From Lama glama (Eukaryota), in assembly GCA_028534125.1 (NCBI GenBank), contig CM052817.1, positions 24,678,001 to 24,742,000 of the forward strand: a DNA stretch of 64,000 bases. The letters run 5' to 3'. The notes under the pieces are model-generated. The model ran no database searches. It was not told the DNA's origin and worked only from the letters and a program-made list of their open reading frames with translations. Of the stretch, positions 26,053 to 38,703 are shown one piece after another. A program made the translations under genes and the position numbers. Positions within the stretch are counted from its first letter, which is position 1. Every line of letters starts with the position of its first letter.

Positions 26053-26243
26053 TGTAGAAGAGATAAACAAGATTATACTGTACTATACAGGGAAACACAT
26101 ACAAGATCTTGTGGTAGCTCACAGTGAAAAAAAATGTGACAATGAATATATGTATGTTCATGTATACCTGAAAAATTGTGCTCTACACTGGAATTTGACA
26201 CAACATTGTAAAATGACTACAACTCAATTTTTAAAATGTTAAA
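26053..26243 (+). mobile_element. Young 5'-truncated L1 3' tail
   Basis: TSD aaaagt(a/g)atgctca at 26039-26052 and 26244-26257; closely similar to the copy at 28538-28796. Confidence 0.9.
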
Positions 26244-26274
26244 AAAAGTGATGCTCAAAAGAGATGTTGATAAT

Positions 26275-26520
26275 AGTAATAATAAAAATAACTAACACGC
26301 AGCAGACTAAGCATTTGATATATGTTAACTCAGTTCATCTTTACAAAATCTTATGAGGTAGGTATTACTAATTTCCTCATTTTAAAAATGAGGACGCTGA
26401 GCCTCAGAGCAGTTAAGTAAATTGCCCAAGGTCACACAGCTAATAAGTGATGGATCTGAAATCCAAATCTAGACGGACTAAATCTAGAAACCTTGCTCTT
26501 AACCATTAGGCCATAGTGCT
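26275..26520 (+). mobile_element. MIR SINE
   Basis: cttatgaggtaggtattact...aagtaaattgcccaaggtcacacagctaataagtg. Confidence 0.8.
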
Positions 26521-28120
26521 TCAGAAACAGGGGAGAGTGCTTTAAATACCTGGAAGGAACCCCAGCCAGACCGTGCAAAATGTAAAAAGCAGCAGTATGC
26601 AGGTCAGATGCTGGCTGCTTCCAAAGGCACATGTCGAGGCTCAGGTCCACTAGAAAAGGAGGAACTAAGACCGGATGGGGCCCCCTGGCCAGGAATCAGC
26701 CCTCTGATGTGGGGAGGGGCTGTTGCTGGGCCAGCACATCGCAGCGGAGCCCAACCCTCGAGACTGTGCCAGGAGCCCCGCAGGCACACGGAGGTCCTAC
26801 AACAGCCTAATCCAGCCTTTATGCTGCTGATACTCGGCCCACTTGTCCACTTCAAACAAAGCACGCCTGATCGAAGTGACGGTCTCAAACATCGCTGACA
26901 GCCGTAAGTTTTCTGCTGTTTGTTAGGGATGCTCTTTACATGTTGTTAAAATGAAAACACATAGCAGCAGCTTTCTAGGGTAAAACAGTGTTAAATTAAC
27001 ACTACAGACTAAGAGGTTGAATTTGAAAGTTTAACAACATTCATTTAACAAACATCGATCAAATACCTGCTGTGCACAAAATCCAATGACAGGGACTAGA
27101 GGATGCCCTGAGATGAATGAGGTGACATGGTCCTAATGCGGGGTGTCTGTGGTCAGGGCTGGAAGTGGGGCGGAAATCTCATCTAGTAGGTCTCTACGAA
27201 CTACAGCACCCGAGCTTCCTGCACCAAGTCACCCCGCTAACACGCAAATCTAACATGGCCAGTGTGACAAACACATATTAAATAGCTGGATGTGCTGGGT
27301 GCACCACCCACAGAGGAAGCAGAAAAAGGTCCAAACTCCTCACCAGGTCACTCAGACCCAACATGCCTCCCCGGCCCTTCTTGCTACTGTCCACAGGGTG
27401 GCCCCTGGCCTCCCCAGACTGAACCTTCCCAGAGGCATCCCACACTTTCACTCTCAGGGGCCTTCTGTCCTGGACTATCTCCACCTACAAGCAGCCCCTG
27501 CCTCTCATCTCTGGCCGGTGCATGCCCAGTTTGGAGGGCACTTCTGTGAACCTTCCCTGACCTCCCACTGGCATCAAGGAGCCCCCAGAGTGAGCAGGCT
27601 TTGCTTCTTCTCCAGGACTCTCCTGCTCTCCAGCACAAGGCCTTGTGTTTGAGTCTCCCACTCCCTAAGTCTTCCACAGCAAGGATCTGGGAAGGCCCAG
27701 CTCCAGGACCAGACCCAGCACACAGCAAGCCTTAAATAAATGCTCCTTGATTATCTAGAAATACAGTTACCTGTAATTAATTAGGAAGGATTATGATGCT
27801 CAATAACCATAACTAAAAACTGGTAATACAAGAACAGAACTTAGCAGGAGCCCCAAACCAGCCTAACCAGGTTTCCTTTAATCCTCATTGTTCACGGAGG
27901 TCTTCTGATGCCTGGGGTGTTCTGTATTCTTCATAATAACCCAGTGACGTTGGCACAACAGTTATCTCCACTTTACAGATGATGGAATGTGAGGTCAGAG
28001 TGGTTGTTAACTTACCCGAGAAGAGGTGACCCATGAGTGTAGGGTCAGACCCAACCCAGGTCCCTAATTCCAATGCTGCCACTCCCCCCACCCCAATCCT
28101 TGCCCCAGGATTCGCTGACA

Positions 28121-28333
28121 CAGTAGTTCTCAACCAGGGGCAATTTTGCCCCCAGGGGACACTGACAATGTGCAGAGAAGTTTTGGGTTGTCACCCAGCA
28201 GGAGACCAGGACAATGGCATCTAGCAAGCGGAGGCCAGGAATGCTGTTAAACATCCTATAATGCACAGGACAGTTCCCCACAGCCAAGAATTATCTGGCC
28301 CACATGTCAACAGTGCCAAAGTTGGGAAACCTG
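28121..28333. mobile_element. MER20 hAT-Charlie MITE
   Basis: TIRs cagtagttctcaac...gttgggaaacctg; internal gctgttaaacatcctataatgcacaggacag...aagaattatctggccc is typical of MER20. Confidence 0.85.
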
Positions 28334-28387
28334 CTCTAGCAGATAACTGATAACAAAAGCCCCATTAAAGGAGGGCCGAGCACTCAC

Positions 28388-28445
28388 CTTTCAGGGTCGT
28401 ACAGGCTGTTATCTGCCACCATAGCTTTTAAAACATCAGCATTTG
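28388..28445 (-). CDS. RELL1: RELL1 coding exon 4
   Basis: Pyrimidine tract with ctcAG at 28446-28447 and donor GTGAGT at 28386-28387; 58 nt. Reads (A)NADVLKAMVADNSLYDPE(S). Confidence 0.96.
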
Positions 28446-28537
28446 CTGAGGAGGGGGGAAAAAAGTAGAGAATTAAAATGGAATGAATCAGATGACATCA
28501 CAGAAGTATCACATCAGAAAAGCTGTTAGAAAAACAC

Positions 28538-28796
28538 CTCATTGGGGGAGGAGGGGTGGGAAGGGACAGACTGGGAGTTTGAAATTTGTAGACACTGACA
28601 GGCATATGTAGAATAGATAAACAAGATTATAATGTATAGCACAGGGAAATATATACTGGATCTTGTGGTAGCTCACAGCGAAAAAGAATGCGACAATGAA
28701 CATATGTATGTTCACGTATAACTGAAAAATTGTGCTCTACACTGGAAATTGACACAACATTGTAAACTGACTATAACTCAAAAAAAAAAAAAACAA
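28538..28796 (+). mobile_element. Young 5'-truncated L1 3' tail
   Basis: G-rich tract, L1 3' UTR and poly(A); TSD agaaaaacac at 28528-28537 and 28797-28806. Confidence 0.9.
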
Positions 28797-29747
28797 AGAA
28801 AAACACTGAGTTCCTCCAGGTCACCGATGAGGCCCTAGGGCCCTGGAGAAGAAAGGGTCTTCCCTAAGGTAACCCCATGACGTGGCACCATCTGCCACAT
28901 TTTCACCACGCAGGAATTTACTAAGAGTGACAGACTCTATGCAGAGGAAAGCAGATCTGCTACAGAGCTTTGTTCCCTCCACATCTTAGCAGCATAATAC
29001 AGAAGACATTTCTCCACACATCATCTCAAACCAAAGGGAAACGGCATTTAACTCATTCTGTCAAATATGTAGTGTAATGTATGTCTAAGAACTTATATGT
29101 GCTTAAATAATTAGCCCTAAATTCTGGACACCCATGTAATATGAAGTCCATCCCACACAGAATACGGGCTGAGGAAGAGTTAACTTTACAGGTGGGACAT
29201 TTGGCTGAGCTCTGCTTAAGGACCATAGACCTTAACTCAAGCCAGATCTCTAAAAATTTCGAGTGTTGGTCACACACGTCAGTTATCTAATATGAACTGA
29301 GTTAAATTAGCCTTCTAATGTTAATTTTTAAAAAAATCCAAATTTGTAGGTGGGGTCTAGGCCGCCAACGAAAGCAAATTGAATCTAAGCTTCTTGAGTG
29401 CCTACCCCACCCCCACACGCAGATACACGGGATCTTTTCATCTTTTGTAAGACGTCAGGTCCTAAGAATGAAAGCCTGAAGTGAATGTTCAAGTTCTCCT
29501 GCATATTTCCTGGCAAGGCCAGATGTTCTTACTGACTCCTGACCCCTTTCCATTGATTTTTAAAGCACTGTTCCCAGGACTAACCACAACAAATTCTCTA
29601 GAGATGAAACAATAAAAATCACTATTCACCATGTGAGCTGACACCAACATTAAGCATTTAACATCTCAAACAACATCCCAAGAGGAGGAAAATTAACTCT
29701 AGTTTCAACATTGCTGCTTTTAAGTGTTAAACACTGAAAGCTTTATA

Positions 29748-29945
29748 TGGTGTTTCTCAACTTTTTCTCATTATTGCCCCACTCCAACCCTTTTTCTGAC
29801 TCTTTTTTCCTAACCACCCTCCCATGAAACTATAATACTGCAGATACACATCTGTTTATGCACTATATACATATCTGTGCTTTACATATAAAATAATAAA
29901 GGGTGTTTTTTTTTGCCCCCCACAATCCAATTTTCTCCACTAAAA
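29748..29945. mobile_element. Probable hAT-family MITE relic
   Basis: Begins gtgtttctcaac (hAT-like TIR) with internal catgaaa...atctgtttatg...atatctgtgcttta; family not assigned. Confidence 0.45.
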
Positions 29946-31204
29946 ACTTTGCAAAATGCATGGAGTTTTAAAAGAAGCATTAACAGAGCATATCATTCTT
30001 TCCAAAAAAAAATTTTTTTTCTTTGCCCTTCATGACTATCTGTGAGGATGCACAAATGCATTTGTAAACACAAGTTTTGATCTAAATGAGTCTTATCATT
30101 ACAAAAAGGTACTGAAATTGATAAGTGGTATCTTCTTCCATACAACAAAAAGGGCATGTTTAAGTACAACCTAGGACGTTGAGGACATTAAGGACAAATT
30201 TAAGTACAACCTAGTCATTTTTTCTTTGAACTAATATTAAGAATTCAGAAAAATAATTTTCTTTCAGATAAAGGCTTTAGGGAACACACAATAATTTGCC
30301 AGCTGACACTTAGACTCGGCCACCATTTACTAAACTTCAAAACGATAAACAGAAGAGGGGAAAAACAACAACCAAAAAAGGTATGAAAACAAAGACAGTA
30401 CTAATAGCACTCACAACAATGAGCTTTTCAAAAACAGAAGTTTAAATAGTTGTCCGAGAAAACTAATCACCTACAAAATGATCAAATTCTAAGATGCTCC
30501 CAGGAAGATTATTAAAATATATTGAAATTGTTACTAAGATTTTTATTTTCTAGGCTTGTGCTGTTTCTCCTGTATTCATGGACTCCTGTACCTCACCTTC
30601 ATCTCTGAGAAATAATAGTGAACAGTGACTTTATTTGCTAAGAGTGATGTCTTTAAAAGCAGGCTCAACTTTCTATGCTAGTATCATTCATACCCATGGA
30701 GGGAGTAAATTTCAGTAAACTATCCCTTGGGAACATTTTTAGTTTCCTGTGATGAGAAAACTCTAACATAACACACACGTCATTAAGACCCAAACACACA
30801 CTTTCACTTGGTTGTAAAAATTACTATAAAAGAGCAATAATCCAATCAAAGTTCTACTGAATATATTCCTCCCAGTGATTACTCACAACTCCAATGAGCC
30901 TTAAAAGATGGCTTCTCCTATACTTGTCAACAATCCGTCCAACTTTATACTTTCCCTTATGGGTGTCCAAAGGATGGGAGGAGTCAGTTATAAGGCACGG
31001 AAAACCTGTCAAGAACAGGGGAAACTTTCTAGGGGGCAGTAATTTCCAGAAAATGCCTCCTCTCTTCTTTCCTGAAGTTCTGCCTGATAATATGCATAAA
31101 GCAGTCAAAACCAGACAAGAAAAATGCCCTATTTTCTCTCCCACCCCTATTCTCTTCAGAGTTTTCCCTTACATTCAAGGCACATTTCACAAGCAAGAAC
31201 TTCT

Positions 31205-31430
31205 ACTGCTATCAGCAAAATTAGAGTGCCTGATATATGCCGGTCACTGGCTAAAAGCTTCACAGATTCTACCATGTTTGATCTCCCTGACAGTAGGAAG
31301 CATTAACATCCCCATTTTACAGATAGAGAGACTGAGGCCTAAAGACTGTGACTGGTCAGAATCACACAGCTAGAAACAGACCTAGATACAAACCCTGGTC
31401 TATCTGACTTTAGGGTGGCTGATTTAACCC
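31205..31430 (+). mobile_element. MIR SINE
   Basis: atcccattttacagatagagagactgaggc...atcacacagctag. Confidence 0.7.
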
Positions 31431-33565
31431 CCACATCTTCCTCCCTACTCCTTCAGTGTCCAAGTCTCTAAATGATTAGTAGTTAAAGAGTTCACAGGAT
31501 GTGTGGATAATCATTATAGCAAGTTTCACAGACCTACTCAATGATAACAGTAATTTTATAAAGGAATCGCTTTTGCCATCACACAAATTGAGCCCCCATG
31601 GTAAGGATTTTACCAAGGGATCCCTCGGCCTCGTGTGAATAACCGTAACCAGGGGCGCTTGGAGAATAACAACACTCTCAGCTGCTGCTATCAGACAGGG
31701 TCAGGGTCTGGCACAGAAGCTCAGCTAAGGAGTCGCAGGTACTTTCCAAACCCCCGCACAATGCAAGAAAACCCCCGTGACTACCCAAACCCTCCTCAGT
31801 TCAGCTCGATTTGGAAAGGATTAGAGATTAGGAGGAAAATAATCCGTGTGCGAGTCAGCTGATAAGTGCATCCTTCGAGAGATATTTATCTAAACTAAAC
31901 TTGATTTGCAACATTCAACACATGATAGCTTTAAATTGTAAACAAGCGCGGGTAAAATATTACTTCCTTGGCCAAATGAAAAATGCAAAGCAGAAGACCA
32001 GTCATATACTGTGACTGCAAGTGCTTAACATGTAACTATAGGCAAAGGAAGCCTAAATGATGGGGAAATGGTAATGAACGGATTGTTTTTCAATTTTTTT
32101 CCTTTTTTTTTCAATGTTTAAATGAAAGTTATGTTACAGTGTGCTGAGAATTTAAAAAAATAGAAAGTTAAGTTAACCTTAACAGGGAGGTCTACATCGA
32201 TAATAAGTTCAGAGTCCGTTCATGACAGAGACAAAGAAAAGGAAAATGCACATTGTTCTATAGAGGACTTAAGTCTCAAATGCCAATTTAAAAAGCTAGT
32301 TTATAAACTGGTAAGACACCCAAGTATGTATCTAACTCCCCAGCAGTGGTTTTGGTACAGGATGGAAGCTAGAGGGGGTCATGGCTGAAAAAGGGATGTC
32401 GAGGGAGACAAGATGTCTCCTGGTGGCCAAGGAGAACTAAGGGCTACACAAAGCCACCACCCACCCTCACAGGTCACTGGAAAAATCCCAGGCAGAGCGA
32501 TGCAGGGAAGAGAGGAAAGACTAAGACAGAAGGAAAGACCTGGGGAGCGGAAGAGAAAGGAAGAGATCAGTGCCTTGGTGTTCCTCTGATGGATCTCTGG
32601 TAACCAAGGCAGCGGAAATCGAAAGGCTACCTTCCGAAAGGAAAAGGACATAATTAAAAAAGAGAAGAATAGCCCCGTTGCCCATGAGTGTGGGAGGGGA
32701 GGAAATTATATAGTCTGCTTGCTCCAGGGACCCAAAGGCTTCTCCTCTGCTGTAATCAGGAGGAGGGGCCCACTGCTGGCTCTGACCTGCTGGCTGTGTG
32801 ATCTTGGGCAACTTTCTTAGCCTCTGGGCCTCTGTTTCCTCATCTGCAAAATGGGATGATAACAGGGCCTACCTCATAAGGTAGTTTGGAGAATTTAATG
32901 AGCTAATGTTTAGGAGTTCTATAAAGCACCCCAGCTGCATACGTTTTTCCTTTGAAAGGAGGAAGTTTAGCGTCCCACTTTCCTGCTACAGGAAAGAGGC
33001 AGAGACAGCAAGTGGGTAGGTATACACTCCGAAGTTAGATGCTCAAGGTCAAATGTCAGCTCTGCTGTCTGCACAGAGCAAGGTTGGCAAGTTAGTTAAG
33101 CGCTGTGGACCTCAGTTTCTGAACTGTAAAATGGGAATAAAGTATCTGAATCATAGGGTTGTTAGATCCTGGAAAGCCCAAAGAACAGGCGTGGCATGTA
33201 GCAAGCACTCAGGGCCGACTATGAAATTACACAGGAGAACTTCAGCCCCGGGCAAAGTCTGCACATTGACTTATCTCAACCGATTCGCCTGTCAGTCACC
33301 CCCGCATCCGGCACTCACTAACTTAGCAGCTGCTTCAGCTCTCAGAAGCCTGGGTCCCAAAGACCTCCCAGCTCCCCAAAGCCACAAAGGCAATTTCCAC
33401 GAGAGCAATGAAGGAGCCGTCCACGCCTTATTCTGTGCAGCTCTGTAATGACTAGAGTTTCTATGCCAAGAACATAATTGTGCATTTATGTATTTCATAT
33501 GCAAATTAAAAACAACTTTTTTTATGGAAAAGAAACATGGAGTGCTGCTCAAGAATAGCATCACC

Positions 33566-33752
33566 GGGGGAAGGAATAGCTCAGGGGTAGAGGACGTGCC
33601 TAGCGTGCACAAGATCCTGGGTTCAATCCCCAGCACCTTCATTAAAGATAGATCGATAGACAGATAAACCTAATTGGCCCCCATAAAAAAAGAAAAAAGA
33701 AAAAAAGTCAAAAAAGAAAAAGAGAAATTTCTCTGTATTAAAAAAAAAAAAA
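33566..33752 (+). mobile_element. Vic-1-like camelid tRNA-derived SINE
   Basis: A box (tagctcaggggtag), B box (ggttcaatccc), aaacctaatt segment and A tail. TSD aagaatagc(a/c)tcacc at 33551-33565 and 33753-33767. Confidence 0.9.
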
Positions 33753-34615
33753 AAGAATAGCCTCACCAAACACTATTCCCTGCAGGAAGGTCTCTGGAAG
33801 ACAGATACAAAATCCAAGAGGTCTCTGTCTTTTTCGTTATTTTAAACGTCTTCCTATTAACTTTGGTTATCTGGTTTTCCATCCTGTAGAAACTGAAAGC
33901 TGCAAGCTAGAAGACAGGAGAGGCGGCACTGAGCAGACGAGAGACTCAGGTAGGGCTGGGCTGCTCCCTAACTATGTGAACTTAACCACAGGAGCCTTTG
34001 CTGCTTTGCCTGTAAAATGGGTATAAGAGGGATATTTTTGAGGGTTAAATGAGAAAATGCACATAAAGCACCTAGATCTATGCCAAATATATAAAGTTCA
34101 CTCTACAAAAGACAATGACAATTATGCTGAACCACGTGAAACTGCTGCTTCTCTAAGTCAAGGACACTGACCAACAGCCTGGGCTGGGCAGGTGCTCTTG
34201 TTGATCGTGAGGATGTAGGGGCAGGGGACCCGCAGAGAGGGGCTGGGGGCAGAAGAGCAGGTATTTACCGAGCAGAAAGTATTTCAACTTTTAGACAAAT
34301 GCGCTGACAAGGGCACAGAGCCCAAGGAAAACATTTTCCTTTAAATACTCATGAGAATTCAAAGTATGGGGATCTGCAGCTACTGCAAACATGGGCAGGA
34401 GTGCCACACACCTCAGAAGTCACTCAGGGCATGGTGTCTTATGAGACAACACCCAGTGCTTCAGAACAATGACCCTGATTTATCTAATCAAGGTTAAACT
34501 AATCCTGTATTTAATAAGTCAGAGGTTTCTAATACATTTTAGAAGGGGAAAAAATGCTTAAAGGCATAAAGGTTAAACTTTTTAAAAGTTTCAACACTTA
34601 AGAATAGATCACAGA

Positions 34616-34751
34616 TTTATATACATATACATGTTTATTTACACACACGTATATATATATTCCTTTTCAGATTAATTTTTACTATAGGCCATTACAAGGT
34701 TTTGAATATCGTTCCCTGTGCTATACAGTAAGATAATACTTCAATAAAAAG
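34616..34751. mobile_element. 5'-inverted (twin-primed) short L1 insertion
   Basis: Perfect 16-bp TSD aagaatagatcacaga at 34600-34615 and 34752-34767. A minus-oriented L1 3' UTR piece (about 34616-34730) is followed by a plus-oriented terminal tacttcaataaaaa. Confidence 0.8.
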
Positions 34752-34767
34752 AAGAATAGATCACAGA

Positions 34768-35030
34768 ATAGGCAAATCCAAATCCATAGGCAGAAAGCAG
34801 AGTAGGCGTTACCCACAGATGGAGGGGGAAGTGGATGGAGAAAGGAAGTGGATGCTTAATGGAGTCAGAGTTTCATTCTGGGATGACGAGAAAGTTCTAG
34901 AACTAGACAGTGGTGATAACGCTACATCATTGCGGCATTCATTCATGTCAATGAACTGTACACTTTAAAACGGGTATAACGGTAAATTTTTTGTTATGTG
35001 GGTTTCACCATATTTTTTACTGCACCAAAA
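34768..35030 (+). mobile_element. L1MB-type 3' end fragment
   Basis: ataggcaaatcc...agagtttcattctgggatga..gaaagttctagaactaga...tgaactgtacacttt. Confidence 0.75.
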
Positions 35031-35431
35031 AAAGGATAATACTTGGATGCTCATTATACTAAGCACTGTATATGCAGGATCTCACAAGAATGCTAGGAGG
35101 TAAATATTATCTTAGAGGAGGAAACTGAGGCTCCACAAGGTAATGTGACTTTTCCCCAGATCGAAGTGAGGCCATGATTAAAAGGTAAGCCATCACCTCC
35201 AGGGCTGACTCTGCAAAACTCTGACTGACTGACTCTTAGAAGACTCACTTCTGTGAAATCCTCCTGGTCAGTTAATTTGGAGGCTGAGCTATAAGAAAGC
35301 TTAGGAAAAAGGTGCTGCCAATAACTTCAGAAACATCGACAGGAGAGTCCATACAAATCCTGGCTCTTTGAGGCAGGTTTTTAATAAAATGTATGGACAC
35401 AGAATTGTTCTGGGCATTTAAACAGCCATAC

Positions 35432-35503
35432 CTTCATTCTTCATGATGTAGTGGACAATCTGGCCAACGGTGTCACTATTTTCATTTACACTGTCGTTCA
35501 ACT
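35432..35503 (-). CDS. RELL1: RELL1 coding exon 3
   Basis: Acceptor ctttcAG at 35504-35505 and donor GTATGG at 35430-35431; 72 nt. Reads (E)LNDSVNENSDTVGQIVHYIMKNE in frame with exon 2. Confidence 0.96.
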
Positions 35504-35987
35504 CTGAAAGAGAAAGTGGGGGGAGGACGGGTTACAACTGGTTCACCTGCCTCAAATCAATGAGACACCGTCTTTGAGCCCAACACCTCTCTGAACAGTC
35601 TCCAGAAAGCTCAACCAGTCACTCACAGTGCCAAAAGCTATGCTTTCTTCCCTCAGGCCCAAGCTGCCTGATGCGCACAGCGCACACAGTGACTTCCTTG
35701 GCATAGCAGGCATAAAAAGTATCAGAGTCATCCATCAATCTCTTCTCAAGTCCAGATACACACTCAGTTTCCAAGACAACAATTCCTTGCATCTATATCA
35801 GTCCTCACTACTATCATTTCTCTCTCAATAGTTTGTTAAATATTTAGGGGAAATGAAAAGAAGAAAGCAAATGAAAAGAAAAAATTCTCCTTGGATTTTA
35901 ATCACAGATGTACCATATAAATTTAGAGTATTAATTTATTTCTTAAAGTGAGCAATTATTCATCTGTGTTTACAAGACTCTCCTATT

Positions 35988-36314
35988 TTATGTATTTTTT
36001 AAGGCTTTTAGTTTTGTTTTCTGTTTTTTTTTGTTTGTTTACAATGTTGTATTAGTTTCTGGTGTACAGCACAGTGATTGTTATATGTATACATACATAC
36101 TCTTTTTCATTCCAGGTTACTACAAGCCACTGAGTATAGTTCCCTGTTATACAGTAGGTCCTTGTTATTTTCTGCATGTATGTTCTGTTGTATGTATTCT
36201 GTACACAGTAGTTTGTATCAGCCAATCCCAAAACTCCCAGTTTATCCCTACCTCCCACCTGCCCCCACTGGTAACCGTAAGTTTGTAACCATACTCATAG
36301 ACTGGTATGTCTAT
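35988..36314 (-). mobile_element. 5'-truncated L1 3' end
   Basis: tttacaatgttgtattagtttctggtgtacagcacagtgatt...; TSD gactctcctatt at 35976-35987 and 36315-36326. Confidence 0.85.
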
Positions 36315-37577
36315 GACTCTCCTATTCTTTCAAATGCACTTCCAAGTGATCTAAATTTTGGCTGTAGTATTTTGCCTACACACTCAAGTTTACCTTGGGG
36401 AACTCTGTACACAGGATAGTCTTTGAAAAAAAAGAATCGAACCTCCACTCTGAAACTGATCTGTATAATCTTCTTCAATAACACAGGAGAGAAGAGGGAG
36501 GATTGACCTTATTCACACACAGGGTGTGTGATGTCCTACCCGTGTATCTGGAACAGTGTCTTCTCCATCCATTGCGGCGTCCTCCTCCATGAATACGTAC
36601 CTCTGGTTGGAGAGCGCACGTGCTAACCGCTAAGCCAACCTACAGAGCATCTACAAAGGAGGGGGACGTTCTGCTTTCTGTTGATAAACACTCAGCCTTG
36701 GTTTGGCCATAAGCTTACACATGATTCATCCTGCAACCATGTTCTCTCTCTGCCTCAAAGGTCAGTGGGGGTGGGAAAAACCAACAGGCCAGCAAGCTGG
36801 CAAGGAATGAGGAAGCTCCCCCCACTCTGCCCTTGGGTCGGCTTGGAGGGTGACCTACTCCAAATGTCACCTTTCTGCAAAAACTGCCCTTCGAGGGGCT
36901 GAAAGGGACAAGGAGAGTCATCTACTCTCCAAGGCTTTAAAGGATGGTTGGAAAGAACGTCTGTAAGAAAACAGGATTTCATCTCTCAGGGTTTTCCAAA
37001 CCCTACGCTGCAACTCCATGTTAAGAGGAAAAGGGGAGACACTCTGAGGTCAAGACAAAGGCACCAGTTCTTGGCGAACTTTTACTGCACTGTTCACACA
37101 GCCATTTACCTAATAAACACAAACTCCAGCTTCGTAGACTGAAGACAGAACTCACAAGTAGCACCACAAAAACGGTGAGAATGTTGAGTTTTCCCATCAT
37201 TCTCATTAGACTCTCATTTGATAACAGTAGAAAGGATTAATATTTACTGAGTGGCCATATGTCCCAAACACCAAGTGCAGCTTCTGCCTAAATTTCACCA
37301 TAATCCCACAAGGTGGAGATTATTGTCCTCTTTTAAGTTAAATTAAAATTTTAATTAAGTTGGTGTGAAATTAATTGAAAATAAATGTAAGTTAAATTAT
37401 ACATAGCAGCAATTGAGAGTATATGTAACTTGCCCCAAAGTCACGAGGCAGGTAAGAGTAAATGAGCTGGTAGTCATTTAACAAATGAAAGCAAGGTTTC
37501 TACCTCTAGGTGTGGTTACTGTGAAATCTACGCTGACACTGCACTACACCATCTGCCTTTAAGTCAGACCATTTTGC

Positions 37578-38380
37578 AAAAGTGTTGTCGACAATGTGGA
37601 GAAAAGGGAACCCTTCTGCACTGTTGGTGGGAATGTAAATTGGTGCAGCCACTGTGGAAAACAATAGAGGTTCCTCAAAAAATTAAAAATAGATCTACCA
37701 TATGATCCAGCATTTCCATTTCTGGGTGTATACCCAAAGGAAATGAAAACAGTCTCAAAGACATATATGCACTTCCACATTTATTGCAGAATTATTCATA
37801 ATAGCCAAGATATAGAAACAACCTAAGTGCCAATCAATGAACGAATGGATAAAGAAAACATGGGGTGTGTGTGTATGTGTGTATTTATGTGCATATATAT
37901 AGTGGAATATTATTCAGCGATGAGAAAAGACATCTTACAATTTTTGACAACATGGATGGACTTTGAGCACATTACACTCAGTGAAACGAGTCAGACAGAA
38001 AAAGACAAGTACCGTCTGTTATCACTTATATGCGGAATCTAAAAAAGCCAAACTTGTAAAAACAGAGAGTAAAATGGTGGTTACCGGGGCACAAGGGATG
38101 GGGAGATACGGCAGATGTTGCTTAAGGGTATAAACTTACAACAAATAGTAAATAAACTCTAAAGATCTAATGCGCAGTGTCGTGAATACAGACAGCAATA
38201 CTGTATTATAATCATCAAACTTGCTAAGAAACTAGATTCCCAGCACTAAAAAGAAGTGGAGGTGCTAATTATTACTACAGTGGCAATCATATTACAATAC
38301 ATAAATGTCTCAGACTAACATGTTGTACACCTTAAATTTACACAATGTTATATGTTAAACATATTTTGATAAAATAAAGA
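37578..38380 (+). mobile_element. L1MA-type fragment (degraded ORF2 C-terminus plus 3' UTR)
   Basis: gtggagaaaagggaaccctt..cactgttggtgggaatgtaaattggtgcagccact; ORF 37827..38042 (YYSAMRKD...TTWMDFEHITLSE) is a decayed ORF2 tail. Confidence 0.9.
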
Positions 38381-38478
38381 TGGATCATTTTGCCTTAAGA
38401 TGAAAAATACATATGACTGGTTTCTTATTTAAAAATCGTCTGCGCCCACATTCCCATAAAAGAATCCACGTTATTTAC

Positions 38479-38703
38479 CTATCTTTTCAACCTTTTCTTC
38501 TTCCACGTCTTGCTCGGCTTCTGTTGTGCAACGATAGCCTTTCTTCTTAAGCAGGTGGCAGATGAGGACACCAAAGAGACCCATGATGAAGAACACGGGG
38601 ACAAGCGCGTACGCGATGTACTCTGGGTGTCCGTTCCCAGTGTTGTTTGTGGGTGAGGGTGTCGTCTCGGTTCTGGAGTGTAACGTGTGGCTGCCATCAT
38701 TGT
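38479..38703 (-). CDS. RELL1: RELL1 coding exon 2 (short ectodomain, single transmembrane helix, basic stop-transfer segment)
   Basis: Acceptor ttcctcAG at 38704-38705 and donor GTAAAT at 38477-38478; 225 nt, phase 1-1. Translates as (D)NDGSHTLHSRTETTPSPTNNTGNGHPEYIAYALVPVFFIMGLFGVLICHLLKKKGYRCTTEAEQDVEEEKVEKI, which I recognise as RELL1/RELT-family sequence. Confidence 0.97.
   Translation of the reverse strand, partial: TMMAATRYTPEPRRHPHPQTTLGTDTQSTSRTRLSPCSSSWVSLVSSSATCLRRKAIVAQQKPSKTWKKKRLKR

Noticed and set aside
33566..33640. tRNA-like sequence with A and B boxes (also at six other loci)
   Set aside because: Followed by SINE tails and flanked by TSDs, so these are SINE heads rather than tRNA genes.
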